Source of the DNA: a virus
Lineage: Duplodnaviria > Caudoviricetes
Virus record (IMG/VR): IMGVR_UViG_3300044630_004720
Reading direction: 5' to 3' (one strand)
DNA: 64,000 bases
In this document: positions 18,244-27,630 of the stretch, piece after piece
Layout: every line of letters begins with the position of its first letter
Numbering within the stretch: the stretch's first letter is position 1
The notes under the pieces: generated by a model
What the model saw: only the letters and a program-made list of their open reading frames with translations
What the model was told of the DNA's origin: nothing
Database searches by the model: none
Position numbers and translations under genes: made by a program

Positions 18244-19031
18244 TAGCTTTCTACATAATTGACATCTCTTTTATTTTTAAAGAAAAATTCTTTCTTAGCA
18301 GTTTCAATCCAAAATTTAACTTCGTTTTCGTTTAGTTGTCCGTCTTCTCCATTTTTGTATGACCAAAAAAGTGAATCTTCTCTAAAGTTAACGTGTTGGT
18401 ATCCTGCTCTTGGAACAACCATAATTTTAACACCATTGTGTGTTAATCTTAAAAGAAATTCATATGTGAAAGTCAATTTGATATTATTTTTAAGTTTACC
18501 GTTTTCCTTAACGACTTCTGTTTTAAATAAACCACCACTAGTTTGGTAGTTTTGATATTCCATTAAAACTTCATTGTCAATAAAACCTTGGTTGTCGGTA
18601 AATCCATACGCCCAAGCAGATTCATTCGTAAAAGAAATAAATTCACCGTTTCCATTAATGTCCTTAACGATAGGTAAGAAAACATCAACTTCAGGATTAT
18701 TATGAATATATTCACCCATTGAATTAATCCAGATTGTCTTATACTCATCATCGATTTCCAAAATAGAAAACCATTCAGTATCACAATCATCGATGCCTAA
18801 GTTTATTTGACTTACAAAATCGGTTTCATTTGTTTTATTTTCTAATAATTTAACCTCCAATTTTTGACCGAAATCAAAATCTTCAAGTTTCTTTTTTACA
18901 CTTGTTGGGGAAATTACTGTTAACTTAATATCATTGTGAAAATCTTCAATTGATTCCAAAGCATTCGCTAACATCACAGACTCATCTTCCCCAATTTTAT
19001 GTATTGGTAATAAAATTGTTATTTTTTTCAT
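18243..19031 (-). CDS. Glycosyltransferase, GT-A/family 2-like
   Basis: ITILLPIH start, INLGIDDCDTEWFSILEIDD (DxD-like), YEFLLRL. Confidence 0.8.
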   Translation of the reverse strand: MKKITILLPIHKIGEDESVMLANALESIEDFHNDIKLTVISPTSVKKKLEDFDFGQKLEVKLLENKTNETDFVSQINLGIDDCDTEWFSILEIDDEYKTIWINSMGEYIHNNPEVDVFLPIVKDINGNGEFISFTNESAWAYGFTDNQGFIDNEVLMEYQNYQTSGGLFKTEVVKENGKLKNNIKLTFTYEFLLRLTHNGVKIMVVPRAGYQHVNFREDSLFWSYKNGEDGQLNENEVKFWIETAKKEFFFKNKRDVNYVES

Positions 19032-20083
19032 ACAGTTTCTTCTACTTTAAGTTTTTCAATAGCACTTTTAATTGACTCTTGTCTGATTGATATCAGTGAG
19101 TTAAAAATTGCTAAGGTGTTATTGTTGTGTGTTTCTTTGTTATATGGTAAAACAGTTTGTTTCATTTTATCTTTTACTTCTTCAGTGATTTCAACACCTT
19201 CTAACCAAGCCAAAACAAATGTACCTAATATCTCAACGATTTTATTTGAATCGTAAGTCCATAGACCATTTTCACTTAACCAATCAGGTTCAGTATTTGG
19301 TATTTTACCAATAACCGGTACACCACATTTCATAGACTCTAATGGGAATGTACCGAATGTTGATTCATCATCAACCCAAACCGATACCATACACTCTTTG
19401 AGGTTATCCGCAAATTCATCATATGACATTTGTACCATATCTCTAAAAGTTACCCATCTTAATTGTGGGTATTTAATATAAAATTCAGAAATAATTCGTC
19501 TGTGTACCAATCTGTCTCTGCAGCTGATTGCCACATATGGTTTTAATGGTTTATCCGATGGTTTAAAATTATCACCAATGAATGGTGGAATTAGATGTGA
19601 TAATGTTTCAGGAAAATATTCTTTGATATATTTTTTTGTTGATTCGGTTGTTGTGATACACTTATCGAATCCATAATCACCCCATCTACTACCAATAGGT
19701 AATGTTTCAAACATATAATCCTTTTGTTGTACCAACATCACTTTAACTGATTTAATATTGGTTAATTGTGGTAATACGTTTGAATAATGTTCAGGTACTA
19801 CTATAACATCTTCTACTTTAATTTCAACTTTATCGTCTTTAATTGAAACAACTTCGAGAGTATTATATTCTTCACCTAACCAAGACTCTACACCACCGTA
19901 GGTCTTATCCTCTACTAATATTTTAGCATTGTAACCATTTTCTTTTAAGGTTAATGCCATATCATAGATATTCTTAACTGCAGCCCTTGCGTTGTTCTTT
20001 GTGTCGTAAGTTAAAAAATATATGACGTTTTCTTTATTTTCAATCCTACCTAAAGAGGATTCTAATTTTTCAATGTTACTCAT
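19028..20083 (-). CDS. Glycosyltransferase, GT-B/family 4-like
   Basis: STFGTFPLESMKCGVPVIG matches the E-x-F-G-x-x-x-x-E-A-M-x-x-G-x-P-V signature. Confidence 0.85.
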   Translation of the reverse strand: MSNIEKLESSLGRIENKENVIYFLTYDTKNNARAAVKNIYDMALTLKENGYNAKILVEDKTYGGVESWLGEEYNTLEVVSIKDDKVEIKVEDVIVVPEHYSNVLPQLTNIKSVKVMLVQQKDYMFETLPIGSRWGDYGFDKCITTTESTKKYIKEYFPETLSHLIPPFIGDNFKPSDKPLKPYVAISCRDRLVHRRIISEFYIKYPQLRWVTFRDMVQMSYDEFADNLKECMVSVWVDDESTFGTFPLESMKCGVPVIGKIPNTEPDWLSENGLWTYDSNKIVEILGTFVLAWLEGVEITEEVKDKMKQTVLPYNKETHNNNTLAIFNSLISIRQESIKSAIEKLKVEETV

Positions 20084-20360
20084 TTTCTTCTTCTATTAAG
20101 ATGTTATTTTTTACTAATGTGTTAAATGCTAATCTGAACGATATGGTGGTATCTTTTTGTGCGAAAAGACCCATCTCTTCATCTGATTCATCGAATTCGT
20201 TAAGAACTCTTTCAAGACACATTTTTATTATTTCGTATTTAAAAATGTTTATTTCGAGCGATTCGCCCCCATCGTCATCTTTAATCGTGTTACCTGTTCT
20301 ACAAACTTCTGTAACCGTATCAAGGTCGATGTAATAATATTTTCCGAAGACTTCAACCAT
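20076..20360 (-). CDS. Hypothetical protein, 94 aa
   Basis: Intact ORF, overlaps upstream gene. Protein-like composition. Confidence 0.7.
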   Translation of the reverse strand: MVEVFGKYYYIDLDTVTEVCRTGNTIKDDDGGESLEINIFKYEIIKMCLERVLNEFDESDEEMGLFAQKDTTISFRLAFNTLVKNNILIEEENE

Positions 20361-20941
20361 AATTTATCAATTTCTATTAATTTATCAATTTCTATTCCAT
20401 TAGTAAAGTATTCGTTATACTGTGTTTTAAACTTTACTGCCGTTTTATTTTTAGGACACTTGTCTATAATATTTTTATTATCGGTAATCCATAAATCACA
20501 TTCCTTCCAAAGATTATCTATTTCAGTATCTCTTGAAAATTTTATGTTATTTGACATACACCCATTTCTTGAGAGAAAGAAAAGAGTAGCTGCTTTCGCT
20601 TTACCCAATTCATTAATACCAACTAATGTTATGTTGTGTTCTTTGTGTTCATAAATGAATTCATTAAGGTGAATGAAAGCATTTTGATAACTTTGTGTAG
20701 CGTGTCCAAAAATTTCGATTGGATAATCGATATATAAAAAATTATCATATTCTTCTTTAGATTGGAATTTATAATAATTTAAAAGATTATCATTTTGGAT
20801 TATGCTTTCTTTCCCATACTCAAAAGACTCTTGTTCATTTCCCTCTTCAATTTCAGAGTTGATGAAATAATCGTGGTAATGGTAATCGAATTTTTGAATT
20901 GTGTTTCTTAAAACCCCATCAATACTAATGTATATTTCCAT
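20249..20941 (-). CDS. HAD-fold 5'(3')-nucleotidase-like protein with degenerate motif I
   Basis: YISIDGVLRN (DxD changed to SxD), ATLFFLSRNG, DLWITD. Confidence 0.6.
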   Translation of the reverse strand: MEIYISIDGVLRNTIQKFDYHYHDYFINSEIEEGNEQESFEYGKESIIQNDNLLNYYKFQSKEEYDNFLYIDYPIEIFGHATQSYQNAFIHLNEFIYEHKEHNITLVGINELGKAKAATLFFLSRNGCMSNNIKFSRDTEIDNLWKECDLWITDNKNIIDKCPKNKTAVKFKTQYNEYFTNGIEIDKLIEIDKLWLKSSENIITSTLIRLQKFVEQVTRLKMTMGANRSK

Positions 20942-20945
20942 AATG

Positions 20946-20976
20946 AAAATATAACATAGATAGATTTATAAGTAAA
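20946..20976 (-). promoter_or_regulatory. Host-type promoter
   Basis: TTTA-N19-TATATTTT, 4 nt before ATG 20941. Confidence 0.5.
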
Positions 20977-20981
20977 CAATA

Positions 20982-21013
20982 AACCCACATTTGAAAACTA
21001 ACAAATGTGGGTT
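20982..21013 (-). terminator. 12-bp hairpin downstream of phoH
   Basis: AACCCACATTTG-8nt-CAAATGTGGGTT. A second smaller hairpin (ACTAACA/TGTTAGT) lies at 21016-21036. Confidence 0.65.
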
Positions 21014-21055
21014 ATACTAACAAATGATATGTTAGTGTGCAAAATTATGTTATCG

Positions 21056-21766
21056 TTAATCGTATCTTTCTAAGATTTCAGAAATAATTGGATTTCTAAC
21101 AATGTCTTCGGTTCCGAATTCGAACACACCAATACCTCTCACTCCTTCTAATCTTTTTTTGGCGTCGTATAATCCTGACTTTGTTTTGTCTTTAAATTTA
21201 TCTGATTGTTCTAAATCTCCTGATAAGAAAAACTTAGAATTAAAACCAATCCGTGTAAGTAATAATTTTATTTGTGCTGGCGTTGCGTTTTGTGCCTCTT
21301 CAAATACTAGAATTGTATTATCTACGTTCCAACCCCTCATATACGCTAGTGCGGCAACTTCGATAAAACCTTCATCTTTTAACCTTTCTCTCGATTCTTT
21401 ACCTATAATCTTATTTAGTAGGTAATATGAAGGGTATATGTATGGGTCTAATTTTTCTTCTAATCCACCGGGTAACGAACCGAGTTTTTCCTCAGCTTCA
21501 ACCGCGGGTCTTACAATTATAATTTTTTCATACTTATTATCTTCCTGCCATAAGAGGTCAACCGCTCTTTTCATTGCTATGTAGGATTTACCAACACCTG
21601 CGGGACCAAAACACAAGGTGATTTGATTATCACCTAATATTTTCCAGTATTCTTCTTGATTTTTTGTTAGGAATTTTTCTTTTGGTCTTTTAACTAGTTC
21701 TCTGATTCTCTCTTTATGAGTTGTTTTTTTGTCTTCTACAACTGATTTAAATTTTGGTTTCAACAA
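21056..21766 (-). CDS. phoH: PhoH-like ATPase
   Basis: GPAGVGKSY, IVRPAVE, YMRG, EEAQN, LLTRIG, GDLEQSD, DIVRNP. Confidence 0.95.
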   Translation of the reverse strand: MLKPKFKSVVEDKKTTHKERIRELVKRPKEKFLTKNQEEYWKILGDNQITLCFGPAGVGKSYIAMKRAVDLLWQEDNKYEKIIIVRPAVEAEEKLGSLPGGLEEKLDPYIYPSYYLLNKIIGKESRERLKDEGFIEVAALAYMRGWNVDNTILVFEEAQNATPAQIKLLLTRIGFNSKFFLSGDLEQSDKFKDKTKSGLYDAKKRLEGVRGIGVFEFGTEDIVRNPIISEILERYD

Positions 21767-21812
21767 GGTCTTTTTAATTTAATATAAACTATTATTTTAT
21801 GATAAATATCAT

Positions 21813-22463
21813 CTAATTACCCGTAGAACCAAATCCACCTTCACCTCTTTCGGTATTTGACAATTCATTAGACTCAACCATCCTTATCTGTGGGTAAGGT
21901 AAAATAACGATTTGAGCTCCTCTTTCACCCACGTTATATGATATACTATCCAAACCCTGTGTTTTTTTGAAAGTGGCTTGTAATTCACCTCTATAACCAC
22001 TATCAATTACTCCAACACAATTAGATAATATTAAATCTTGGTTTCTAACCGATGAACGAGGGAAAACTAATCCAACATAACCTTTAGGGATTTCCATTGC
22101 AATACCAAAACCATATGAAATACTGAAAGTGGTATTTTCTTTAATATTTGTAATTGTTAAATCCATACCCGCATCTCCGTCTTTTGAGTATGTAGGAATC
22201 ACAGCATTTGGGTCTAATTTTTTGACTTTAACGGGTACGGTGAATATTGATGAAGGGGATACTTGTTGGGGTGTTTCCATTACCCCCTTCATCATCTCTT
22301 GCTCAACATCTTTATTCAATGACGTTAAAACATTGTTCAGAGTCTGAATGAAATTATCGTTTAACATTTCATCATCCTCTAAAGACTCATCATCGACATC
22401 TTCAATTTTACTATTCAGTTCCATTAATTTACTAATGTACTCCTGAACCTTATCTTTTTCCAT
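21813..22463 (-). CDS. dut: Trimeric dUTPase with acidic N-terminal extension
   Basis: DAGMDL, PRSS, GVIDSGYRGE, AQIV, RGEGGFGSTG. Confidence 0.95.
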   Translation of the reverse strand: MEKDKVQEYISKLMELNSKIEDVDDESLEDDEMLNDNFIQTLNNVLTSLNKDVEQEMMKGVMETPQQVSPSSIFTVPVKVKKLDPNAVIPTYSKDGDAGMDLTITNIKENTTFSISYGFGIAMEIPKGYVGLVFPRSSVRNQDLILSNCVGVIDSGYRGELQATFKKTQGLDSISYNVGERGAQIVILPYPQIRMVESNELSNTERGEGGFGSTGN

Positions 22464-22464
22464 A

Positions 22465-22683
22465 CTATTGGGTTACTCTTTTTTCTGAAATCCACTTATC
22501 TAATGCCTTAATTCTTTTTTTAAGGTCTTCATCTTGAGGTCTCAAACAAATCTCAACGAATAAATCGGTGATTCTTACTAATTCCTCTAATGTAACTGAT
22601 ACACCTACAGATTGAACGTACTCCAAAGCCATTTTGCTTTGTGATTGACGCATAATTTGTATTTCACGACTGTAGAATTCCAT
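22465..22683 (-). CDS. Hypothetical protein, 72 aa
   Basis: Intact ORF in tight operon. Confidence 0.7.
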   Translation of the reverse strand: MEFYSREIQIMRQSQSKMALEYVQSVGVSVTLEELVRITDLFVEICLRPQDEDLKKRIKALDKWISEKRVTQ

Positions 22684-22694
22684 TTTTTTTATGT

Positions 22695-22928
22695 TTATGA
22701 TTTATAATATTCTGGTGTGTTTTTTTCGTCGATTACACATTCAATCGGCATTTTAACTACACTCAAACTTTCACTACCGCGGATATCACCTGCTCGGTAT
22801 TTTCCTGCAACAAGAGTTGCTTCTTCAACTGATTCTGCTTGAAGGACGTATTTTACTTTTTTAATACGTGGGTTACCTTCTCTGTCCATTTGTTCGGTTT
22901 CATAACCGATAGTTACTAAATAATACAT
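22695..22928 (-). CDS. Small protein resembling DUF4494 (Bacteroidota-associated)
   Basis: YYLVTIGYE...G..KKVK..YVLQAESVEEA pattern, recalled family resemblance only. Confidence 0.55.
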   Translation of the reverse strand: MYYLVTIGYETEQMDREGNPRIKKVKYVLQAESVEEATLVAGKYRAGDIRGSESLSVVKMPIECVIDEKNTPEYYKS

Positions 22929-22939
22929 AATTGTTGTTT

Positions 22940-24166
22940 TTATTTGTTAATAATTGATTTGAAAAATTCTGCTCGTGTGTTATTGACAACTCTTAATGAA
23001 TATCTGTCTTTAACTGTTTCATATAGTCGATTACCCAAGTCTTCAATCATATTTGGATTTTCGATTAATCTTTTCATATGTTTAGCCCAATCTTTGTGAT
23101 TTCTTCTTGTGTTAACGAGTAAGGCATTTCCTTTACTATTGAACTTACCTTCATCAACCGCATTTACTAAATCAATAAGATAAGGATTACATTCACTTGC
23201 AATTAATGCTTTTTTATGAAATCCTGCTTCAATTGCTTTTAATTGTGATTTATTTGAATTAAACTCACTGTCAACAAGTGGAGCTATCGAAACATCAAAT
23301 GTATTATAATTTAATGCATATTTTGAAATTTCTTTAGTCCATCTTCTTCTGTATGGTTTATTAGTATCATCGTATTGTTCGTCTTTGAATGTTAGAAGAA
23401 AATTTTTATAATCTTCGTCTAATGATTTATAATCATCAGTAAACATTCTTTCGTATTGATACCAAACAGTTTCTGTCGGTGTTATGGGTCTTTCAGTAAC
23501 TTTACCTTGAGCGTCCATTTGTTTTACTGTACCTCTTAAATCGAAACCACATAAAACAAATTGTGTTGAATCTTTATAAGCAGCAAGTGTAGATGAAATT
23601 CCGCTCTTAGCCAATTCCAAATCGTGAAAGTGGGATGAACCACCTAACCAACCAAAACGAATTTTATCTGATTTTTCAACATTCGATTTGTATTGGCTTT
23701 CATTTTCATCTATTGCGTTTGGAAAAACAACAATGTTTTTTAATCCGATTTTTTTTGCTATTGTATCTCTGAAAACACTTGTTGTTGTTGAAACATAGTC
23801 GGCAGCTCTTAGTAGTTGTACCTTCTTTTTATTTGTTTCCGTTTTTATAATTGACTGATACATAGGGTGTCTATGGTCAGGAGTCCAAAAATCATCAATG
23901 TCCACAATTACCTTAACTCCCTTGTTTTTTAACCATTCGATTCTCGATAAGTTTTTTTCAAAGGGAACTTTGTTGTGTATAAAACTATGTAAAACAACTA
24001 CATCATAGCCATCAAACTCAGAATCATTATCTTCAACATTGTATTTGATATCAATATGGAAATCATTAGGGTAAGTTTCTTGTAAGTGGGTGTATGGACC
24101 CATAACCCTGAATTTACCAACACCATATTGGTCTGAGGGAATAGCTAATATTTTAATTTTTGACAT
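22940..24166 (-). CDS. Glycosyltransferase, GT-B fold
   Basis: DIDDFW, ADYVSTTT, VFPNAID, RFGWLGGSSHFHDL, DVSIAPL..SEFN..KSQLKAIEAG. Confidence 0.9.
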   Translation of the reverse strand: MSKIKILAIPSDQYGVGKFRVMGPYTHLQETYPNDFHIDIKYNVEDNDSEFDGYDVVVLHSFIHNKVPFEKNLSRIEWLKNKGVKVIVDIDDFWTPDHRHPMYQSIIKTETNKKKVQLLRAADYVSTTTSVFRDTIAKKIGLKNIVVFPNAIDENESQYKSNVEKSDKIRFGWLGGSSHFHDLELAKSGISSTLAAYKDSTQFVLCGFDLRGTVKQMDAQGKVTERPITPTETVWYQYERMFTDDYKSLDEDYKNFLLTFKDEQYDDTNKPYRRRWTKEISKYALNYNTFDVSIAPLVDSEFNSNKSQLKAIEAGFHKKALIASECNPYLIDLVNAVDEGKFNSKGNALLVNTRRNHKDWAKHMKRLIENPNMIEDLGNRLYETVKDRYSLRVVNNTRAEFFKSIINK

Positions 24167-24186
24167 AATTTACTTCACTTATATCA

Positions 24187-24217
24187 AAAATATAAATAAA
24201 AAAATTTGAAAAACAAA
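24187..24217 (-). promoter_or_regulatory. Overlapping host-type and late-type promoter motifs upstream of the glycosyltransferase
   Basis: TTTG-N19-TATATTTT (24217-24187) overlaps TATTTATA (24198-24191). Confidence 0.55.
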
Positions 24218-24218
24218 A

Positions 24219-24794
24219 TTACTTTGCTTTATTTACTCCTGTAATTTTACCTTTGAATATTGAATCCCCAACCTTTAAAACAAGGTTTTCATTAATACTT
24301 GAGGTTTGTTGTGCAGTTAATATTTGATTTAATTTTTCGTCTAATACTTTTCTAACTGTGTTTTCAATTAAAACCGCAATTGCATTCATATCAACATTAG
24401 AAGAGCCTGTGGTAGATGGTCTCTGTGTCGGTTTTTGGGATTTTGAACTAACTCCCTCTTGTTCCATTAATCTTTTTGCACCCTTCACAAAATCCATATC
24501 TAAACTGTCGTTTAATGAAATTTGAGGTATAGGGTTTTCTCTCATCGCCTTTTTAATGGCGTCAGGTAATTTAGAATTTTCTATTCTATCAACAGAAGGC
24601 ATTCCAACCGGTTTTGTGTTTTGTCTAACTTGTGGTTGTGACATTTCCATCGTTGACTCATTACTTTCAACATAAAGTTTTGATTCGTCTATTTGACCTC
24701 TTTCGAAGTTTCCCGAATCTACTTTATTCATTACTTTTTTTGCTTGTACTAATTTGTACATTAAATCATTTTCTGATATTGCTCCGTTTCCCAT
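24219..24794 (-). CDS. Hypothetical protein, 191 aa
   Basis: Intact ORF. SKLPDAIKKAMRENPI motif. Confidence 0.8.
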   Translation of the reverse strand: MGNGAISENDLMYKLVQAKKVMNKVDSGNFERGQIDESKLYVESNESTMEMSQPQVRQNTKPVGMPSVDRIENSKLPDAIKKAMRENPIPQISLNDSLDMDFVKGAKRLMEQEGVSSKSQKPTQRPSTTGSSNVDMNAIAVLIENTVRKVLDEKLNQILTAQQTSSINENLVLKVGDSIFKGKITGVNKAK

Positions 24795-24809
24795 ATTACT
24801 AAATATAAT

Positions 24810-25703
24810 TTATACTAACGAATTTATCAATGTTTTAATCCTTTTTATAGTTTCAGATAAATTTTCAGGTTGATTTTCGTCTTGTACCTTTATGTTGTCT
24901 TTATTTAATAAAGTATCTAATTCTGTTCTTGATTCCTTATCAAATCTTGCTCTTGTCCCTTCTCCCGGTCTATCATTACCTGCAACTTGTCTTTGGTAAT
25001 TTTTCCAATCTCCCTCTTTTCTATTATATAAATCTTTGACCGCAGTTTCGTAATCTTGTTTGTTTACTACTTTTTGCCCTTCAATATCTTTTACTTTGCC
25101 CCTCAAATTATTTAAAACTTCAGGACCATAATTCTTTTGTGGTTCGGATGTTGGAATATCTTGTGGTTCAACTTTTTCTGGTTCAGGCGTTGGTTTTGGT
25201 TGAGGTTGTGGTGATGGTTGTGCCGGTGTAGGTGCGGTCGTTTTTGGTTTTGGTGGTGCTGGTTGTGTCGGTTGGTCCTTTTTAAATCTGGCGTCATCTT
25301 CAAACCAATAAGGTGAAAATATCTCAACCTTACTAAGTGACTTCATTGCGTTTGGTGCTTTACCTTTTTGGTATCCTGGTAAATCAGTTAATTTAAATGG
25401 ATTTAAACCTGGTTTTGTTTTAATTTGATTTACCCTATCTACTCTAAACATTTTCCAACCCGGTAATCCTTTCTTTGATGTTCCTTTAAACACATAAGCC
25501 CAAAAAACTAAATTACCTGATTTGGCGTGCGTTCCTAATACAACAGGTTCAATGTCATATCGTACACCATTTAATACTTCATCATCTTCACTTCTATAAT
25601 CAATAGTAATAGGCGTTCTTTCACTGATTGCATTCCTCAATAAAAGAAGTTTTGCATCTTGTTCAAGTAAAAGTTCCTCAAATATGTTTAATATTTCAGA
25701 CAT
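24810..25703 (-). CDS. WYL-like domain protein with Pro-rich linker
   Basis: ITIDY...RYDIEPVVLG...NLVFWAY...WKMFRVDRV. No N-terminal HTH. Confidence 0.7.
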   Translation of the reverse strand: MSEILNIFEELLLEQDAKLLLLRNAISERTPITIDYRSEDDEVLNGVRYDIEPVVLGTHAKSGNLVFWAYVFKGTSKKGLPGWKMFRVDRVNQIKTKPGLNPFKLTDLPGYQKGKAPNAMKSLSKVEIFSPYWFEDDARFKKDQPTQPAPPKPKTTAPTPAQPSPQPQPKPTPEPEKVEPQDIPTSEPQKNYGPEVLNNLRGKVKDIEGQKVVNKQDYETAVKDLYNRKEGDWKNYQRQVAGNDRPGEGTRARFDKESRTELDTLLNKDNIKVQDENQPENLSETIKRIKTLINSLV

Positions 25704-26362
25704 TAAAAATCAGGATAGTTTTTGTTACCGTTATATTTGTTAAAAGCTACGGATTTTGTTCTATTGTTTATATCAGATAATGAACCAACAACTCCATTGT
25801 TATCTCCTTTTCCTTTTTCGTCACTATCTGAAATTGCGTTAGGGTGTGTCACACCGTATTCGTTTTTATTGGTGTACGTATTTTTAACTACGTTTTGTTT
25901 TCTTAAATTAATATCAGTGATTGAGCCGATTTTACCATCGTTTTCTCCTTTGCCTTTTTCATCACCATCTGACATTGCATTAGGGTTATTCACACTATAT
26001 CCAAAACCGTCGTTATAAATGTTTTTACCTAACAAATTAATTCGAGTATTAATATCAACAGAAGACCCTATGTTACCATTGTTTTCACCTTTACCCTTTT
26101 CGTCACCATCAGACAATGCATTTGGATTACTATCTGAGTATCCATTTGATGGGTTATATGGGTTTCTTGCTAAACTATCAATTCTGGCGTTGATATCTAT
26201 AGAAGAACCTATTTTACCGTTGTTATCTCCCTTACCCTTTTCATCTCCACTTGATAACGCATTTTCGTGATTAGAATTATATTCTGTTTTGAAATTGTAA
26301 GAATTTCTTGTTATGTGTTCTTGTCTATATTTTTCAGCAAGTTGTTCTAATTGTGTTGCCAT
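25703..26362 (-). CDS. Protein made of four 47-aa repeats
   Basis: NA[LMI]S[DS][GS]DEKGKG[DE]N[ND]G.[IV]GS..DIN.R repeated at 141-bp spacing. Confidence 0.9.
   Translation of the reverse strand: MATQLEQLAEKYRQEHITRNSYNFKTEYNSNHENALSSGDEKGKGDNNGKIGSSIDINARIDSLARNPYNPSNGYSDSNPNALSDGDEKGKGENNGNIGSSVDINTRINLLGKNIYNDGFGYSVNNPNAMSDGDEKGKGENDGKIGSITDINLRKQNVVKNTYTNKNEYGVTHPNAISDSDEKGKGDNNGVVGSLSDINNRTKSVAFNKYNGNKNYPDF
25720..26263 (-). repeat. 141-bp period degenerate tandem repeat, 4 copies
   Basis: Repeat Asn codons at 26263, 26122, 25981 and 25840. Confidence 0.9.
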
Positions 26363-26363
26363 A

Positions 26364-26843
26364 TTACATCAAATTTTTTATTCTTTCTATCTCTTCAAAT
26401 AACCCAAGTGAAGTAATTGGAGATTTGAATGAGTTATTTTTTACAAAATTAAGATTTGGTAGGAAATCGGGCTTTTTTGAGTGTTTCTTTAAAAAACTAT
26501 TTTTTCTTTCTCCTGAAATTCCACCCATTTCGTCCGCCTTCTTTCTCCCTTCTTTTCTATTTGTTATTTGGTCTCTGTCCTGTCCTAATACTGACCATCC
26601 CCATTTTTCCATTAAGTCACCACCATATAGATTATGTCTTTGTGGTTCACTTAATTTATCAACATTTTTTAAATCGTGAAGAATTCTTTTAAGTTGACCA
26701 TAATTTACTTTACCTGATTGTATTAATTCTTTTGCACGATTAGTACCAACAGTATCGGTTGAACTAATCTGTAGTTGTGAATTAAGATGTTTTATTATAT
26801 CAGGAGGTAAATTATATTCTCTACCCTTTAATTCTTTATTCAT
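26364..26843 (-). CDS. Hypothetical protein, 159 aa
   Basis: Late operon member. Ends LFEEIERIKNLM. Confidence 0.8.
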   Translation of the reverse strand: MNKELKGREYNLPPDIIKHLNSQLQISSTDTVGTNRAKELIQSGKVNYGQLKRILHDLKNVDKLSEPQRHNLYGGDLMEKWGWSVLGQDRDQITNRKEGRKKADEMGGISGERKNSFLKKHSKKPDFLPNLNFVKNNSFKSPITSLGLFEEIERIKNLM

Positions 26844-27630
26844 TATCTTCCATTTGTTTTAAAATAACTTTTGGTGAAATACCATTGTCCTTTAACGTTT
26901 GAAGTAACACTTTAATCTGTCTTTTAATTATTGGGTTTAAATCTTCTTGATTTTCTTTTTCTAAAACATCGTTTTCATTTGATTTTTTAGCAATAATACT
27001 TTCCAAATATTCTTCAATAAATTTTTTAGGGTTTTCAATTAATCTAACTTTATCGGTGTTAGCTAATTTTTCATCATAACCCATTTTTTCTAATCTTTCT
27101 TCAGCCTCATCGTCAGATAACCCTAATTCATTGGTAAAATGATTTTCTGCGGTATCAAAATCCACATCATTACCCATAGTATCTTCATAACCCAACGATT
27201 TATTCATTGCGATTTCTAATAAATCCTCTTTTGATAATTCGTATCCTTCAGCCCAATATTTCAAACTTGCTATGTTTTTACTTGCCGGTCCAAATGCGCC
27301 AAAAGTACCGATTGTATTCATATATGACTGAACATAATCATCTGTGGTGTCTTTTACGGTTATACCTTTAGTTGCGATATTTGATGGTTTTTCACTTCTT
27401 GCTATGTTTCCATCAACGTCAACTATTTCATCAACTTCTTTTTCCACTTTATCAGGTATCTTATCAAAATCGGTTTTATCAGAATACTCTTTAGCCCACT
27501 TTGACCATTTATTACCTTTTTTTCCTTTCTTTCCCTCTTTTTTTTCTTTTGCTGCGTTAGCAAAGAATAGCCTTTGTTGTGCTTTTGAGGCAAATTTCTC
27601 TTCAATTACTTGTTTTATAAACTGATTCAT
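26836..27630 (-). CDS. Hypothetical protein, 264 aa
   Basis: First gene after the late motif. VIEE|KFASKAQQRLFFA basic segment. Confidence 0.8.
   Translation of the reverse strand: MNQFIKQVIEEKFASKAQQRLFFANAAKEKKEGKKGKKGNKWSKWAKEYSDKTDFDKIPDKVEKEVDEIVDVDGNIARSEKPSNIATKGITVKDTTDDYVQSYMNTIGTFGAFGPASKNIASLKYWAEGYELSKEDLLEIAMNKSLGYEDTMGNDVDFDTAENHFTNELGLSDDEAEERLEKMGYDEKLANTDKVRLIENPKKFIEEYLESIIAKKSNENDVLEKENQEDLNPIIKRQIKVLLQTLKDNGISPKVILKQMEDNE

Noticed and set aside
20249-20360. 112-nt same-strand overlap of the HAD-like gene and the 94-aa gene as a possible frameshift fusion
   Set aside because: No slippery site identified and the downstream gene has its own ATG. More likely a read-on tail.
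25703-26362. 141-bp periodic repeats as a CRISPR or mini-array
   Set aside because: Repeats are degenerate at third codon positions within one ORF, so they are protein repeats.
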